Shown: positions 1 to 14,020 of the stretch, piece after piece
Position numbering within the stretch: the first letter of the stretch is position 1
How the letters are laid out: each line of letters starts with the position of its first letter
NCBI GenBank assembly: GCA_964016885.1
Contig: OZ024747.1
Span: forward strand, 70,060,001 to 70,124,000
From: Eledone cirrhosa
Taxonomy: Eukaryota
Direction of reading: 5' to 3'
Length of the DNA: 64,000 nucleotides
The notes under the pieces: generated by a model
What the model was told of the DNA's origin: nothing
What the model saw: only the letters and a program-made list of their open reading frames with translations
Database searches by the model: none
Position numbers and translations under genes: made by a program

Positions 1-365
1 ATGTATAGGTGATATAACACCCAGTAAAAAGCACATAGAATACACAAATAGTATACTAGGTGAACAAAATTCATTCTAGTTATAAAATGAATGAATGCAT
101 CATTAAAAACTCATAAAAGTGAACACATGTATCACACTTAACCACAAATTAACAGTTAGGATATATTATAAAAACGGCAGAATTATCAATATGAAACAAC
201 CAAGTAGCAAGCCACAAAATGTACTCTAGACAGCTAATGTAATATCAACATAAACAAAAAAGTTATATACTTCATGACAAAAGCTGATATATCAGTCACA
301 CATGTACAACCTTTTCTTATCAGTTGACTATGAATTTAAAACAGCACATCAAAATACAGAACATC

Positions 366-1300
366 ATTACCGTTTTACGTCCATTCTTCCATGCTAGCAT
401 GGGTTAGACTGGTTGTCCTCTTGTGGGCAGTGTCTGGTTGGCTGACCTTGTCTTGCTCATGCGGGAACTGATTCTGGCTTGATTTCTACAGCTGGATGCC
501 CTTCCTTACACCAACCTCATTTACAGTGAGTGCTGGATGCTTTTTACCCATGGCGCCTACACGACCACTTTACAGCGTGGGCTGGGTGCTTTTTTGCTGT
601 GGCATCTCCACAACCACTTTGCAGTGGGAAGGGGTGGGGGCATATTGTCTATATGCTTCAGCTTCGGCTAGTACCGGTGGGAAGCCACGTCTTCTATATT
701 ACTGCATGACACCAGAGGTCACGGTCCTATGTCATTGCCTTTGAGAGGTGCAATGGGGTAAGGTCAGCTTTTATCACCACATCCTAGCTCTTCTTGGGTC
801 TCCCCACTCCGCGGTTTCTATCGACTTCTAGTGCTCTGCACCTTTTTATGCAGCTGTCATCCTTCATACGCATCACATGTCCATACCAACGCAACCTCCT
901 CTCCTTCACACAGCATTTGATTCCTCTTATGCTCAGTCTCTCTCTCAATTCATCTATGCTTTTCGATTCATGTATATTACTATTACACATCCATCGGAGC
1001 ATGCAAGCTTCATTTCTTTCTAATCTACGCAAGTCTTCTACACACAATAGCCAGGTCTCACTACCGTGTAACATTGCTGTTCGTATACATGCATCATACA
1101 GTCTGCCTTTCATTTTGAGGGAAAAGCCTTTTGCAGCTAGCAGTGGTAGTAGCTCCCTGAACTTCTTCTATCCCAGTCTTACCCTGGTTACTGTACTTTC
1201 CGAACACCCACCTCCGCTGCTAATTTGGTCACCTAGATAGCAAAATCTATCAATTGTTTCTACAGAGCCCTCCCAGAATTTGGTAGTGCTTGTTCCCTGT
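366..1300 (-). mobile_element. RTE-clade LINE 3' fragment (subfamily B): RT C-terminus plus long 3' UTR
   Basis: ORF 784-1113 ([20 protein letters not shown]...[12 protein letters not shown]...GRPKK) matches the C-terminus of ORFs 51016 and 52761. Ends in AACCCATGCTAGCATGGAAGAATGGACGTAAAACGGTAATGATG, like other copies. Confidence 0.9.
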
Positions 1301-1470
1301 GGCCGTTAACAAAACTAGCTTGAATAAAGAGTAGTTGATAATTCTACCATCTTTATAGAATTCCACCCAAAAATATAGGTTAATTATGGCAGCTTTATCA
1401 ATAGCAAAATTCAAAAAAATATCAATACAGATAAATTAAACTATAAAAGTAATATGAAGTAAGCAATTAA

Positions 1471-1702
1471 CCCTTTAGTATTTACATTATATTTACAATT
1501 GTATTTTCAGGGTAAAAACTTTACCCCACATAATTATCTCACATAATGAGATAATTATGTGGAGTAAAGCTTTTACCTTGAGAACAAAGCTTTTACCTAG
1601 AACAATGCCTTAACATAAGTATGAGCGACCGGATACAGCCAATTTGAACAGAAAGAGGTGAGAGTATTCTGGCCGGATATGGCCAGTTTTAATAATAAAG
1701 GG
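1471..1702 (+). mobile_element. piggyBac-like MITE, copy 1
   Basis: TTAA at 1467-1470 and 1703-1706 flank CCCTTTA...TAAAGGG termini. Body is homologous to 3717-3936 and 34310-34530. Confidence 0.8.
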
Positions 1703-2229
1703 TTAAACAATTAAAATCTGGTGATTATTTCATCAATCACAGTATGATTTTGAAGATTCCTTCTGCTTACTATAAAACCACAACTACAAGTCACCTCCAA
1801 CAATTCCTCATTATGAAAAGGTGGCTGAGGTTTTATAACATTACAAATGATATTGTTCTAAATTATATCTAAATAACTTATAAGGAACTAAACAATTAAA
1901 ATAAAATCATTAACATGAACACAGAAATATTTTCAATAATGGAATGGAAATCCATTGTATTTGATGATGTCATGGCTGCATTTAATGGAGAGGGGGCAAA
2001 GGTCCATGCACAGCAAAGAGGGGGCCACCAGCAACACCAATAGCTATTTATTTGTGCCCTCTGCTGGGCGTTTTAGTTTCATGTTTCTGACAATGACAAC
2101 TATATACAAAAGACATGCCCATCAGTACAAGTAGTGAGACACTAAATGTAAGTGCAGTCAGAGGTTACAGCGTTTGGTAATCAGATGGAGACAATATAGT
2201 GTATAAGGGAACACTTTAGTCTAACTGAA

Positions 2230-2525
2230 CATGTGACGACGTCTTTAGTACTAGTGCTGTAATAAAATGCACTCAGTACATCTTGTAAATTGTTAGTGTT
2301 GTTGCTTTGATAGAATATACTTAGTCAACTGTGAAAGGTGGTTGTGCAGGTATTGCAAAATCAATGACCCAGTAAGAAACTCTAAAGTGGTTGTTAGAAG
2401 CACATACAGCCATAGAAACCATGCTAAATATGTAATGTATCAGTAAGATGAGGTTACTGTGATATGTCTGGTCTCAAACTGTGACAATCCATCCAACACA
2501 TGCCAGTGTGGAAAGTGGACATAAA
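2230..2525 (+). repeat. Decayed RTE-B 3' UTR / RTE-tailed short repeat
   Basis: Ends in CATGCCAGTGTGGAAAGTGGACATAAAATG, a diverged form of the shared RTE terminus. Confidence 0.55.
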
Positions 2526-3716
2526 ATGTGGAGAGTTAGCTTTTTTTACTTTAATGCCTGTATTTATAACTTTTGAATTCCAATTACTTGCACAAGTCAA
2601 TGTTGATATGTAAAAAACACTTCCCCTTATTAATTATTTGAGAGAGCCACCTCTAGCTGGTTACTGTACAAATCCTTTGAATTGATCATATATTTGAGAC
2701 ATAATGCCAAACTGAGTAATTGTTCTGTAGTTTAACAAACTGATTAATGAGAATAAAGCAGAGTATGTAAATGTTTCTGATTATCAATATGAAAAAATAG
2801 GGGGTAGTTCAATTTTATAAGAGGGTATTATTAAAATATCAACAATATACATGACATTAAGCAGCAGGTTCCAATAGAATAATGTTTTTGTCATCTAACC
2901 ATATTGCAAATGGAATGTAAATTGTTTTACAAAACTCACCTGAGGCACAATTTTTATGACCAAGTTCACTAAAAAATTTCAAATCTGAAGTAAACTTGAA
3001 TTGAAGCTATTCTACCACTTCAACTTCAAATGCAGCATTAAACTTGTTTTGGGACAAACACAACACATGAGACAGCATGCTATAATTCAAATCTACAAAC
3101 AAGTGCTCTAAGAGATATAAAACCTTGGATTGCAATAACAGAGGTGATTAAATTCTATGCAAGAGTAAACTTCTGGGCAACTGACAAATCTGTACTATTG
3201 TCAACTCTTATGATGAGGGAATAGAGACATTTCAGGAACGCTAAATCTTTTTAAATGCAGAGTTAGATGGGTTACATGCAGAACTTGAAATGACATGCAA
3301 AACAGAAGGCTGGGGCATTCTAAGGTACAAATACATATAACTAGATCGAAATCTCATTTTCTGCTTGTCACTTCAGTTTGTCACATTGAAGACATGATTT
3401 ATCATCAAAAACTGCAGTGGAGGGCATATTACATAAGCTGTTTGTAAATATAGAACTGAAAAGGGTTAATAAATCAAATGAATGATAAATATAAACAAGA
3501 AATAGTTTTGATTCATACAGTGAGAAGAAACAATATATTCTTCATTTCAAGAGAGGAAAATAGGTGGCTAAAATAAAATTAATTGAAAAAATCCAATAGA
3601 CATATACTTGATTCAATCCAATATATTTGTGAGAAGAACTGAGGAAGTTATTACTGATTTATACTGGTTTTAATACACTACTTCAAATAGTGATAGGGAA
3701 ATAGTTTATATATTAA

Positions 3717-3936
3717 CACTTTAGCATTTAAACTGGGTATATAGGCCAGAATTCTCTCACCTCTTTCTTTTCAAACCAGCTGTAACTGGCCATGCATATT
3801 TATATTAAGGTATTGTTCTCAAAATAAATAATATCAAAATCTTGTAGATTTGATATTACGTTAGATAATTATGTGAAATAAAGTGTTTCCCAGGAAAATA
3901 CAATAGTAAATATAGATTAATGTTCATGTTAAAGGG
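3717..3936 (-). mobile_element. piggyBac-like MITE, copy 2 (opposite orientation)
   Basis: TTAA-CACTTTAGCATTTA ... TAAAGGG-TTAA. Body is the reverse complement of copies 1 and 3. Confidence 0.75.
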
Positions 3937-4299
3937 TTAAGAATGCAGAAAGATTCTCTTTGCTAAATTAGTAGTTTAGTTATTAGTCATGACTTTGTTT
4001 CTAATTTTGACAGAATCAACAGAGGAACTATTGTTTTATACAAACATAGTTTACAGTACCTCTCCTTTCCCTAGTACTTTCCTGGCTACTTCGTACCTAC
4101 TAGCACCTTCCACACTGCCAGAGGTCTCAGGTAATTCTATCACCCTGACCACCACATCATAGGGTAGATAGGCTCTTCAGTTGAGTCAATGTTGATAACC
4201 TCTCTAGTGTTGGTTATGTCAGGTCATATAGTGGTGCTGATGATTATCATATATTGCTTCAATATTTGCAAACTTTCATGGGAGCAGAACTGTCAGTTG

Positions 4300-5750
4300 T
4301 GGACCTTGGGGAGTATGAGCAAATGCTCAGCTCAGATTAAGGGCTTCAAAAGATTTGAGGTAGACATAATGGACCTCATTAAAAAGATAAGATTTCAGTG
4401 ACATACCAACCGTTTCTTAAATTCTATAGACAATTGTACTACAGCCCCAAACAACCCCCAGATATACACACACTTGCTGATAAAACAAAAATGATCTACG
4501 AAACACCATTACACACATAAGGCTCCTCTTGTCTAAGAACATCACCTTTACATAGAAAAAAAAAAAAAAAAAAAATAATGCCAAAGCATTTGATAACATA
4601 AACACCAAAATGAAAGAACTGATGACTCTCTTTAAGATAGCTGACTGAGTACCTTCAGGAAATGAAGGCATTCAATAGCTCAGTTCTTTACAAAACAATG
4701 GTTTGGCAATCTCAAGCCATGGGAATGGTCATGTCATGGATAATTTAAAAAAAAGATCTTATTTGTCCATCAGAGTCACTATCAACGTGACCAAAGTTGA
4801 CTTTCTGGATATCAATCTAGACCATAGAAGTAGTAAATCTTATCTTTATGTAAACGCTAATGAGGAAAAGGTATACTTACAAAGAAACTGCAACCAACTC
4901 ACAGTGATACTTAGGAACCTTGTAAATGAGATTAGTAGAATAATAGTTAGCTTAATGTTCAACAGATCTTCAAGAGGGCTGTTCTTTAAAATAAGACATT
5001 AGTGAGAAGTGGTTTTACAGAAAAACACAGGATATATAAAGGAAACCCCATCTATAAATATGAGAGTTATAAAGAGGAAAAGAACTTGGTTCAATCCTCC
5101 ATTTCACTTAGAAGTATCAATGAACATAGCTAAAATCTTCCTGTACCTAACCAGGAAACATCTCCCATATAACCATACATACCAATATGCTCTTCAACTC
5201 ACAAACTTTTATGGTTAGTTACTCCTGCTTAGATAGCAACACTTCAATTATTGCCCATTTTAACTGAAAAAAGCATGTACCCATTCAAGCCCCAGCAAAC
5301 ACATCAACTTGTGATTAATGAAATGTTGTTCTCTAGGTGGATCTTCTCTCACTAAAGCTGTAGTCAACAAAGCTACCTTCACACCACCAGATGGTTTCCA
5401 AAGGGAAAATATGGGCCTAACAACCAATAAGCTCAAGGGTAAATTACCCAACATGAACACTCATTTAGGAACAGGAAGAGAGAGAATTCTACTGAACTGT
5501 TTCATTTCATAAGGAAGCTAGGTAACCAAGAGCACAACAGCCCCAACATCAAATGGAGCATTCTGGACACAGATCCTTCCACCAATATCACCCCAAGGTC
5601 CACAACTGTCAATTCTGTCTCTGTGAGTAATTGCATATATTGATACAGCCTGTAATATTCATCAACCAGAAAACTGACTTAGCATTTTATTATCACTTGG
5701 GAAGTGCTCTGTTTGCCAACTTCAAACCACTACCTCAGGACATCCCACAA
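4300..5750 (+). pseudogene. Decayed Penelope-like element (RT + GIY-YIG), frameshifted
   Basis: Peptide fragments VDFLDINLD, KRKRTWFNPPFHLEVSMNIAKIFL and CQFCLCE are typical of the PLE thumb, linker and endonuclease. Many stops; boundaries approximate. Confidence 0.75.
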
Positions 5751-7143
5751 TGACTACCTTAGTTCTACACAACTCATGTGTAGTTGTGAGGCAGACAACT
5801 TGAACCAGCATGCACACTATGAAAATACCAACATCACATGCAAGAAAAGTCATCATATACACCAGTTAAAAATTTAACCCACAAGCAACACCGGATACAT
5901 GGAATAGAAGATCTACCAAGCTAACTGATACCACTAGGACACCAATGAGACCACATAACAAATGTTACTGGATTCTACTGTGATTAATTTTGCCACTGAG
6001 ATGCAAACTTCTTTGTGCTGTTGATGACTCATTGACAACACCACATGACCTGTGTGAATGGGAGAAACAAAACATGGGTAGAACGATGCATAATTTATAG
6101 CTGTGAAGAGAGCATTAAGTATGAAACTTCCGGCCTTGAGTTACTAGTACATCTTTGTATCACACACACACATATATAGATATATAGATATATATGCATG
6201 CCTTTGTGTGTGTTTCTATGTGTGTAATTATACATGCAGATATGTATGTTTATAAGCATATATGCCAGTCTACGTGCATATATTTGTATTTGAATAAATA
6301 TCATTTGCATAACTAGCATACAGGTACAGTTAGATATATTTACAGCACATCTATTTCTATGCTATCACTCGTTTGCAAATAAATGTTAATAGATAATATA
6401 GATAATTATTTATGCCAAATTTAAATGGCAGTTTCTTTAGTTTGCCAGCAGTGAACAGTTTGACATCATACACTGTATTGTTGGTGGAAAGAAAAATGGC
6501 TTTTTAGGGAATTTATCAGCTATTATGGGACTTTACTGAACAGTGAAGACTTTCACTTAGAAGATTTATTTTGACAAGCAATTTTCGTAAGAGTCCCTAT
6601 GTGTATAGAGTTCTATAACTGAAAGATTTTAGCTTTCATTTTTTTCTTTCTTTCTTTATTTCTTTACTTATTTTTTATCTGCATTTTGCTTGTGTTTCCA
6701 GTTTTTGATATGTTTGTAACTAACATATCACACTCTTGGGACAAATTTATTATCTCTTCAGGGTAATTAATTATATCTTGGAACTGAGAATTATATTGTC
6801 TGTAACCACAACAATAAAATCTCTGACTTTTGATTAGAAAATGCCAGAAAAAAAATGTATATATAAATAAAAGAAAAAAAAAGAAAAGAAAAAGAAAAGA
6901 AACCATATCAAATACATGTGAAAATACACATCAAGCAACAAATATATATTCTAATTGGTAAAATGATTGACAATACAAACATAAAAATATAAATCTTTCT
7001 TACAGTTGCATTTCTAGGTTGTTTATAGTTTTAATTTAGGAATAATGTAAAATAAAGGAATAATTAAATAAAATACTAAGTATGTTTGTTTATACAGGCA
7101 CACACACACATGCATGCATACAATCATACATACATACATACAT

Positions 7144-7178
<35 letters not shown>

Positions 7179-7539
7179 AACATGCATGCATACATACATA
7201 GATATTACATACATAGATGGAACAGTAAAAATATGTGAAAGATTCTAAAAATGTTGCATGTAATAATTGCGTGTAATGTAATGGATACAAAATATATGCA
7301 CACATATAACTCAAAATATACACATCCACACATACAATAACATCCATACCTGCACACACACACACATGCAGACATATCTACCTAGTTGATGTTGTCTAAA
7401 TTCCAATGAAAGTGTCTTGTGTCTATGTTAGAAGATGACTGCCTTTCTCTGTATTGGTAACATTTATAAAATTATAAAACCTGATGAATATACATTCATA
7501 CATACATAGCTAAGGACTTGCCTATGGCCAGTAATACCA

Positions 7540-8120
7540 TAGATACAAGTAGAATCTATTAATGGAACAGTAAAAATATGCAAATCTTTCCAAGAATGTT
7601 GCATGTAATGATTGCATGTACACATGAACAGATACAGAACATATGACTCAAAAAGTAAACATAGCGAATATTTTAGTAAGCAAGAGAGAAGTGAATTCTA
7701 TCATCTGAGAAAATGGCCATGCTCAATATACCTAGTATGTCACATAAACTACATGTGTACAAGTTGTCCTGTGGAATGATAGACAGGCTGGCAGATAAGA
7801 ACTTCATAGAGAAATAAAATATACCCAAGGAATGCTGTGTCCAAATCTTGAAATCCTTTAAGTTCAGTCTCAGAGAAAATTTAAGTTCTCTACCACAAAT
7901 TATTTAAGGGCTTCAGAGACTGACTGTATGAATGCTCCACTATTACTTAGAGCATTATCAATAAAGTCTCTTCATATACTACTGAGTAACATAATTTCAA
8001 ACTCTGTCTCTCTGAGAAACTCTATGTCACTCTACAAGAGATCAAGAGGATTTCCAGTTGCAGCTACAGACGAATATTTGACTAAACCAGAAAAAAAAAG
8101 TCAGCGAAAATTGGGGAGTT
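7540..8120 (+). pseudogene. Decayed PLE GIY-YIG endonuclease region
   Basis: Hand translation gives KSFKFSLRENLSSL, SIINKVSSY and FKLCLSEKLY, colinear with the 37266 copy. Its first ~120 bp are also duplicated at ~7195-7330. Confidence 0.6.
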
Positions 8121-9009
8121 AATTTGTATTTGAACATTAGCTGATCTTAACAAAGTTGTCTTCTTTTCATCCTATAAGCTCTTTTACAATCTAATAGAGC
8201 ATTGTAGGAATTATGCTAGAAGTTTGTAAGCTAACTGTTTCAATGGGATCCAAGCTTAATAATAATTAATAATGACACAACTTTCAAGCTGAGTTTCACA
8301 AGAAAAGTTTCACATATGGTGAATATCTGCGGGATTAGCCATACGCTTTCATGCTTTGAAACTCTGAGTAATAGCCATGAATATTGCTAATTACCCACCT
8401 ACACACATGTTCACACACACATATGCATGTACATACACATTCATGCATGCACACACACACACATATATATATATATACATACATGATACTCAAGAATGGT
8501 GAAGAAAATTTAAGACACTTTATAAGTCTTACATGTGTTTCAACAAAAAGAGTGGAGAAATGATAAGAATTTCGTTTAAGTTACATTTTAAATATATAGA
8601 AATATATAGAAATAAGAATCACAAATTTAGATAATTTTGAAAACCATACAATGCACTAGAAAGAAAATCAGGATTGCTAAGATAACAAAAGAATCTTACC
8701 TTAGCAAATTTGATAATCCCAATTATTTAAATTTGTGTTTCCTATTCAACAATGCTTCAAGCAAACTGCAATATAGAAATAAATCTATATACCATAAAAT
8801 TGAGTATTAAATTCATTGATTTACTTTAACACCTAATCTTACATCACTCATGTATCTACAAATACTTGATAAAATGCAAAAATGTATGAGTAGAAAATCT
8901 CCTGGAGAAAAAATATCCAGTCATAACCGGATATAATTCATCTCACTCAGCTAATCACAGCTGTCTCCCCCCCCCCATCACACAAACACACACGCATACT
9001 AATATACAT

Positions 9010-9280
9010 ATATGTCAGTATAAAAACGTCAGCTCAAAAGTGACAGAGAGGAGACTGATGTTAGCTGGACATGCTCACCAACATTCAGTGTTGATACTTC
9101 ACCCAGTGGTCCTGTGGAAGCCCCTACATGGACACACTGGAAGAGGGAGCCCGAGAATGACATATGTTTATGCCCTAAGGACTGACACTAGTCTCTAGGA
9201 GACACTGGACATAGTGGCAATGATGAAGACCAGAGACCACCGAAGAGAACTCATCCACGGTTCTTGGGAATTTTCCTGCC
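9010..9280 (+). pseudogene. RTE-group LINE C-terminal fragment
   Basis: Translates to ERRLMLAGHAHQH...VVLWKPLHGHTGRGSPRMTY...DT, the RRL.AGH...LW.P..G...GRP..TY pattern of RTE-group ORF2 ends. Confidence 0.65.
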
Positions 9281-9344
9281 CTAAATATATATATTATATA
9301 TATATGTGTGTGTGTGTGTGTGTACATATATATATATATATATA

Positions 9345-9564
9345 TGCATGTAAAAGGTAATCAGAAATAACAACACAATCGGTACAGTATATGGAAGGGA
9401 TATATATAAGAAAGAATGAGAAATAAGATAGATTGAGGGGACTGGTAGGATGGAATTGGAAAAAATGTCTTTAGATAAAAATAACAGGTCCATTCATGTT
9501 GACATCTCTTGCAAACAGGACCCTGACGGCTGAGCTCTGGCTGTTTTGACAGCTAAATCTGAAC
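9345..9564 (-). mobile_element. Composite PLE terminal fragment (two families joined)
   Basis: 9345-9515 is the reverse complement of the PLE end at ~26595-26820. 9517-9564 is the reverse complement of the 3' half of the 38968-type hammerhead. Confidence 0.7.
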
Positions 9565-10646
9565 ATATATATATATCAAAGTAAGAGATATATATCATAA
9601 GAATAGAGGAGAAAGAACTATGATATAATATATTAGATGCCTATAGCCAAAGCAAAGCATGCTCGATGCTTAGAGATGTTAAATATTATAGCAAGGTTAA
9701 TATTTAGAGAAAGGTTAATATTTAGAGAAAGTTAAATGCAGAAGGTAAGCAGAGCGGGTATAATAAAAAATATATGGCAGAGAAAGTAAGACATTTAAAA
9801 ACAAGATTTAATTCTTACACTGTGTTTCGTCTTCAAGTGTATATATACTAGCATAGTACCTGTAAACATTTACAGGGTTTATAGTAAAATAATCTAATAA
9901 TTTCTTGATAACATTCTTTGTAAAAATGCTTGAATCCTCACTATCCTTGACTATATCCCTTTAGTCACTTTGGCCATTGTCATATTTCATTTTCCATTTA
10001 AATGAATTACAATGATTTTCTTCCATATATTCTCTAAGGATTATCAAGCACATATTCACTGAATTACAATGACTTTGTTCAATCATTGTATCTATCTTTG
10101 ACTGATATTGAGATTTATGATTTGTTGTTATTGTTGTTCTTGTCTGAAGATAGATACATTGGTAGATAGGTAGATAGATAAATAGAGATAGAGAAATAGA
10201 GAATGTGACTCAAAGACAGCTATAGTAACAGAGACACAGACAGATGACAGGCAGGTAAGCAGGCAGACAGATAAATAGATATACAGACATAGATAGATAG
10301 ACAGATAGAAAGGCAGAGAGGTAGACAGACAGATTAATAGAAAGATATATATAGAGAGATAGATAGATAAATAGACAGAGAGAGAGTGTGTGTGTGTGGC
10401 AGAAGACAGACAGTCAGATAAATAGACAGACATACAGATAGAGATAGAGATGGCATGGTAGATAGAAAGATAGAGAAAGAGTGAAATAAAGAGATAGATA
10501 GACAGAGAGTGAGGGGAGGGAGAGAGAAATAGAGTGATAGATAGAGAGAGAGAGAATGTTAAAGAGATAGATATATTTCTAGATAGATAAACAGACAGAA
10601 AGACTGACTGACAGGTAGATAGATAAATAGACAGATAGATAGATAA

Positions 10647-10890
10647 ATTTCTTTATTAGCCACAAGGGCACAAAAGAAGGGGACAAATACAAATGGGGAG
10701 TTTACATACAGGTATATGAAAATAAAACTATTAATACAATAACAAATAACAATTGATATCCCCAATAGGAGGGGAGGTGTTACACGGGGGTTGTACACAC
10801 CCTGAAAAAATGTACAACCCTCATCTCCAGGAGCACCAAGAGTGAGTACTCCCTTCCTCCCTTCCTCTTTTTCCTCAACCTACAGGCTTA
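10647..10890 (-). mobile_element. Non-LTR retrotransposon 3' end with (TCTA)n tail
   Basis: Minus strand ends CCCTTGTGGCTAATAAAGAAA followed by a TCTA microsatellite; same terminal motif as 14248-14500. No coding sequence, so the clade is unresolved. Confidence 0.5.
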
Positions 10891-12008
10891 TATAGATAGA
10901 TAGATAGATTTTACTTGATCAAAACTTTGCATTGCAGATAACAGTAACTTTTGAAGTAAGAAACTTTCATGTTACAGTCTTTGTATTTTATTTGAAAAAT
11001 AATTTGTTGGTTTGAGACACAGCTACACTTCTATCTTCTCCGGAATCATTAAAAAGTTTTGGGTTCTAAATACATGAACAAGATTAAGCTATAAATGAAG
11101 AAATCAAATCAAAAATGTTAAGCTTCAATTGTACCAAAAGAATCAGGCTGCATCTTAAGAAAAAATCATGCTAACTGCCAACTGTGTAATATTAAGCAGA
11201 ACAGAATTTGTTTTCTTTTCCTACAGCCTATTCTTTTCTAAGCTGATTTAGCTGACTTGCAGAGACCAATTAGTTTGCCTAATTATTTCAGCAAAATTCT
11301 GTTTTTATTCCCTTTCAAACCTACTCATCTCTTCAGGACCAATCTTAATTACATTAAATCCAAATGACCTTAATAGGATTCGTAATAAAAGTACCAGCAT
11401 GCAAAATCTCTAATTTCCTCTCATAAAGCTGGTCGTATTTTTTTCTTTTGCTAGTTTGTGTATTCTTGTAAGAGAAGTGAAGGTGATCTATTTAGAAATG
11501 TTTGTACAAAAGATTAAGTGGAAAACTGCTGGCTGTTGAACAAATTCAAACTCTGCAAAAATTACTGCAGGCTGTCCTGACTGGCTGCAATAAATAATAA
11601 TTATTAGTATTTCTTAGTTGATTAGATAGTTTCTCTCTGCTTAAGAACTATTGTGCTATGCTGCAAATGGAGGCTATTTTCTGCTAAATTTGTTTGATAA
11701 GGTTTAAATAACATCAAGTAATTCAATTGGCCAAACACCAAATGCTTTTTGTTGCTATCCATGTTATTGGTTTTTCTCTGAATATCAAGTCACATTAACA
11801 TTGTGGTTATTTCGTCTCATTTTGAAACTGTCCGATTATCCAATGAACCTTCAAAGAAACAAAAATTAAAATGCTAAACAGTCTATTTTTCATGAACCTC
11901 TACATGTGGATTCTACTAAAAGAAATTACAAATATACAAATAATTTTTTTTATCAAAATCAATTCTAATTAAAATTTATTTCTGCAGCAGAAACACTTTT
12001 TAAATGTA

Positions 12009-12038
<30 letters not shown>

Positions 12039-12039
<1 letters not shown>

Positions 12040-13988
12040 TTAGAGATTTTCAAAATATCCCCCGTTGTCAGGAGGTTTTTGTCATTCAGTATGAAGACAT
12101 GGAAAACGACACTCCTTTTGAATAGTGAAACAAAATCACTGGAAGCTGGAGAAGTTAATATTAATTGTGGAAGTTTTCAGGGTGACTCTTTATCACCGCT
12201 TTTATTCTGCATCGCACTTATACCATTAAGTAAACTGCTCAATGAAACAAAACATGGATATAAAGTCTATGACAAAACCATTAATCACCTGTTCTACATG
12301 GATGACCTGAAACTATTTGCAAAAAATGATGAACAATTGCAAGGGCTATTATCCACTGTGAAGCAGTTCAGTGATGACATTAAAATGGAGTTTGGACTAG
12401 ATAAATGCGCCAAAGCAACGTTCACCAGAGGAAAGCTGCTGAAGAGTTCAGACATTAATCTTGATCGGGGGAACGTGATAAGAGAACTTGATCAAGAAAA
12501 AACTTACAAATATCTGGGTGTTTGTGAAGGAGACGGAATCAAGCACTCGACAATGAGGGAAAGGATAAGGAAGGAATGTTACCGCAGAGTAAGAGCAATC
12601 TTAAGAACGGAATTGAATGCAAGGAATAGGATCGATGCCATAAACACGCTTGCCATACCAGTAGTAACCTACAGTTACAATGTCATCAACTGGTCAAGCA
12701 CAGAGATCCGTAGGCTCGATACAAAAATTCGAAAATTCTAAACCATGTACAGAATGCATCACCCTAAGGCAGATATAGATAGAATATATCTCCCTAGGAA
12801 AGAAGGAGGACGTGGGTTAATCCAGTTAGACATTGCGTTGAAAACTGCAACAATTGGATTATCTACATATCTAAGGGAATCACATAATTGGATGATCAAA
12901 CTCGTTTTGAAACACGAAAGCATCAAAAGATTATATTCCATTACAAAAGATGCACAAAGATACAGTAATGGACTACAAATTTCAGAAGTCCCATTTACTG
13001 CTGAAATGGAAAACACAGAAAAAGCAAAGCAGGTAAAAGTAACTGCAAAGAAAGAACTGCTACAGAAACTGGCTAAGAAATGGCAAGAAAAGCCTCTGTA
13101 TGGAAAATACCCAGAGCGAGCTAACAATCCTGATGTTGACAAAACTTTAACCCATCAGTGGTTGGCATCCTCTGGACTGAAATCGGAGACTGAAGGACTG
13201 ATTATATCGGCACAAGATCAGTGTCTGCCAACAAAATATTACCAAGCCAACATAATAAAAAATGGATGCAACCCATTATGCCGTGTATGCAAGAAACAAC
13301 CAGAGACCATTGACCATATAATTTCAATGTGCAGTCCTATAGCTCCAACCGAATACCTAAACAGGCATGACAGAGCTGCACAATACATAGATTGGATAAT
13401 GTGTAAGCATTTTGACCTGCCCCATCAAAAGAATTGGTGGGAGCATCAACCACCTCCCATACTTGAAAAAGATCACATCTCAATCTTGTGGAACTTTAGC
13501 ATCCAAACAGACCGAAAAATAGATGCAAATAGACCTGATATAATATTGAAGGACTTTAAAAAGAGGGTATGCCTGCTAATTGATATGTCTGTTCCAATAG
13601 ACAAGAATGTATCTAAAAAAACATTTGAAAAATTGAGCAAGTATAAGGACCTGGAGATAGAAATTGGAAAAATGTGGAAATTGAGAACTAAAACAATACC
13701 AATGGTTGTAGGCGCTCTGGGAATGATACCTAAGGGGTCTAATGATTACTTATCGCAAATCCCAGGAAACCCACGTATAGGAGAAATACAAAAGATAGTA
13801 CTAATGGGAACTGCCCATATACTAAGGAAGATTCTGTCAATATAAGTACATCACAAGTCTAAACACTAAAGATGCATGTGTGAATTTGTATGTTCTTTCT
13901 TGAACATGGCGGACCTTGTTGTCTCTTGAGGTCACTGGTTGTGACTTGGTGATAACTCGTATGAACATAAAACAAGATAAATGCAACT

Positions 13989-13990
<2 letters not shown>
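12039..13990 (+). mobile_element. 5'-truncated R4/Dong-type non-LTR retrotransposon (RT + CCHC + RLE endonuclease) in (TAA)n
   Basis: QGDSLSP, YMDDLK, YKYLG, RIYLPRKEGGRGL, CRVC...HIISMC, RHD and RPD...LIDMSVP...EKLSKY motifs. (TAA)n lies on both sides (12008-12038, 13990-14023). Confidence 0.93.
12079..13845 (+). pseudogene. RT-RLE ORF of the Dong-like element, broken by one in-frame stop at 12739-12741
   Basis: ORFs 12079-12741 and 12745-13845 share a frame. TTC TAA ACC is one base from TTC TTA ACC (F-L-T), which would restore RKFLTMYRMHHPK. Confidence 0.9.

Positions 13991-14020
<30 letters not shown>

Noticed and set aside
6015-6075. TTGATGA...GAAAC near the end of the decayed PLE
   Set aside because: Stem II is off-register and stems I and III do not close; at most a relic.
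8525-9840. Minus-strand GAAACAC...TGTAAGA half-hammerheads at ~8525-8545 and ~9812-9838
   Set aside because: No 5' core or stem I partner present, so they cannot be called ribozymes.
12739-12741. Possible programmed readthrough or selenocysteine in the Dong ORF
   Set aside because: The stop is TAA, one base from TTA at an expected Leu position; an ordinary nonsense mutation.
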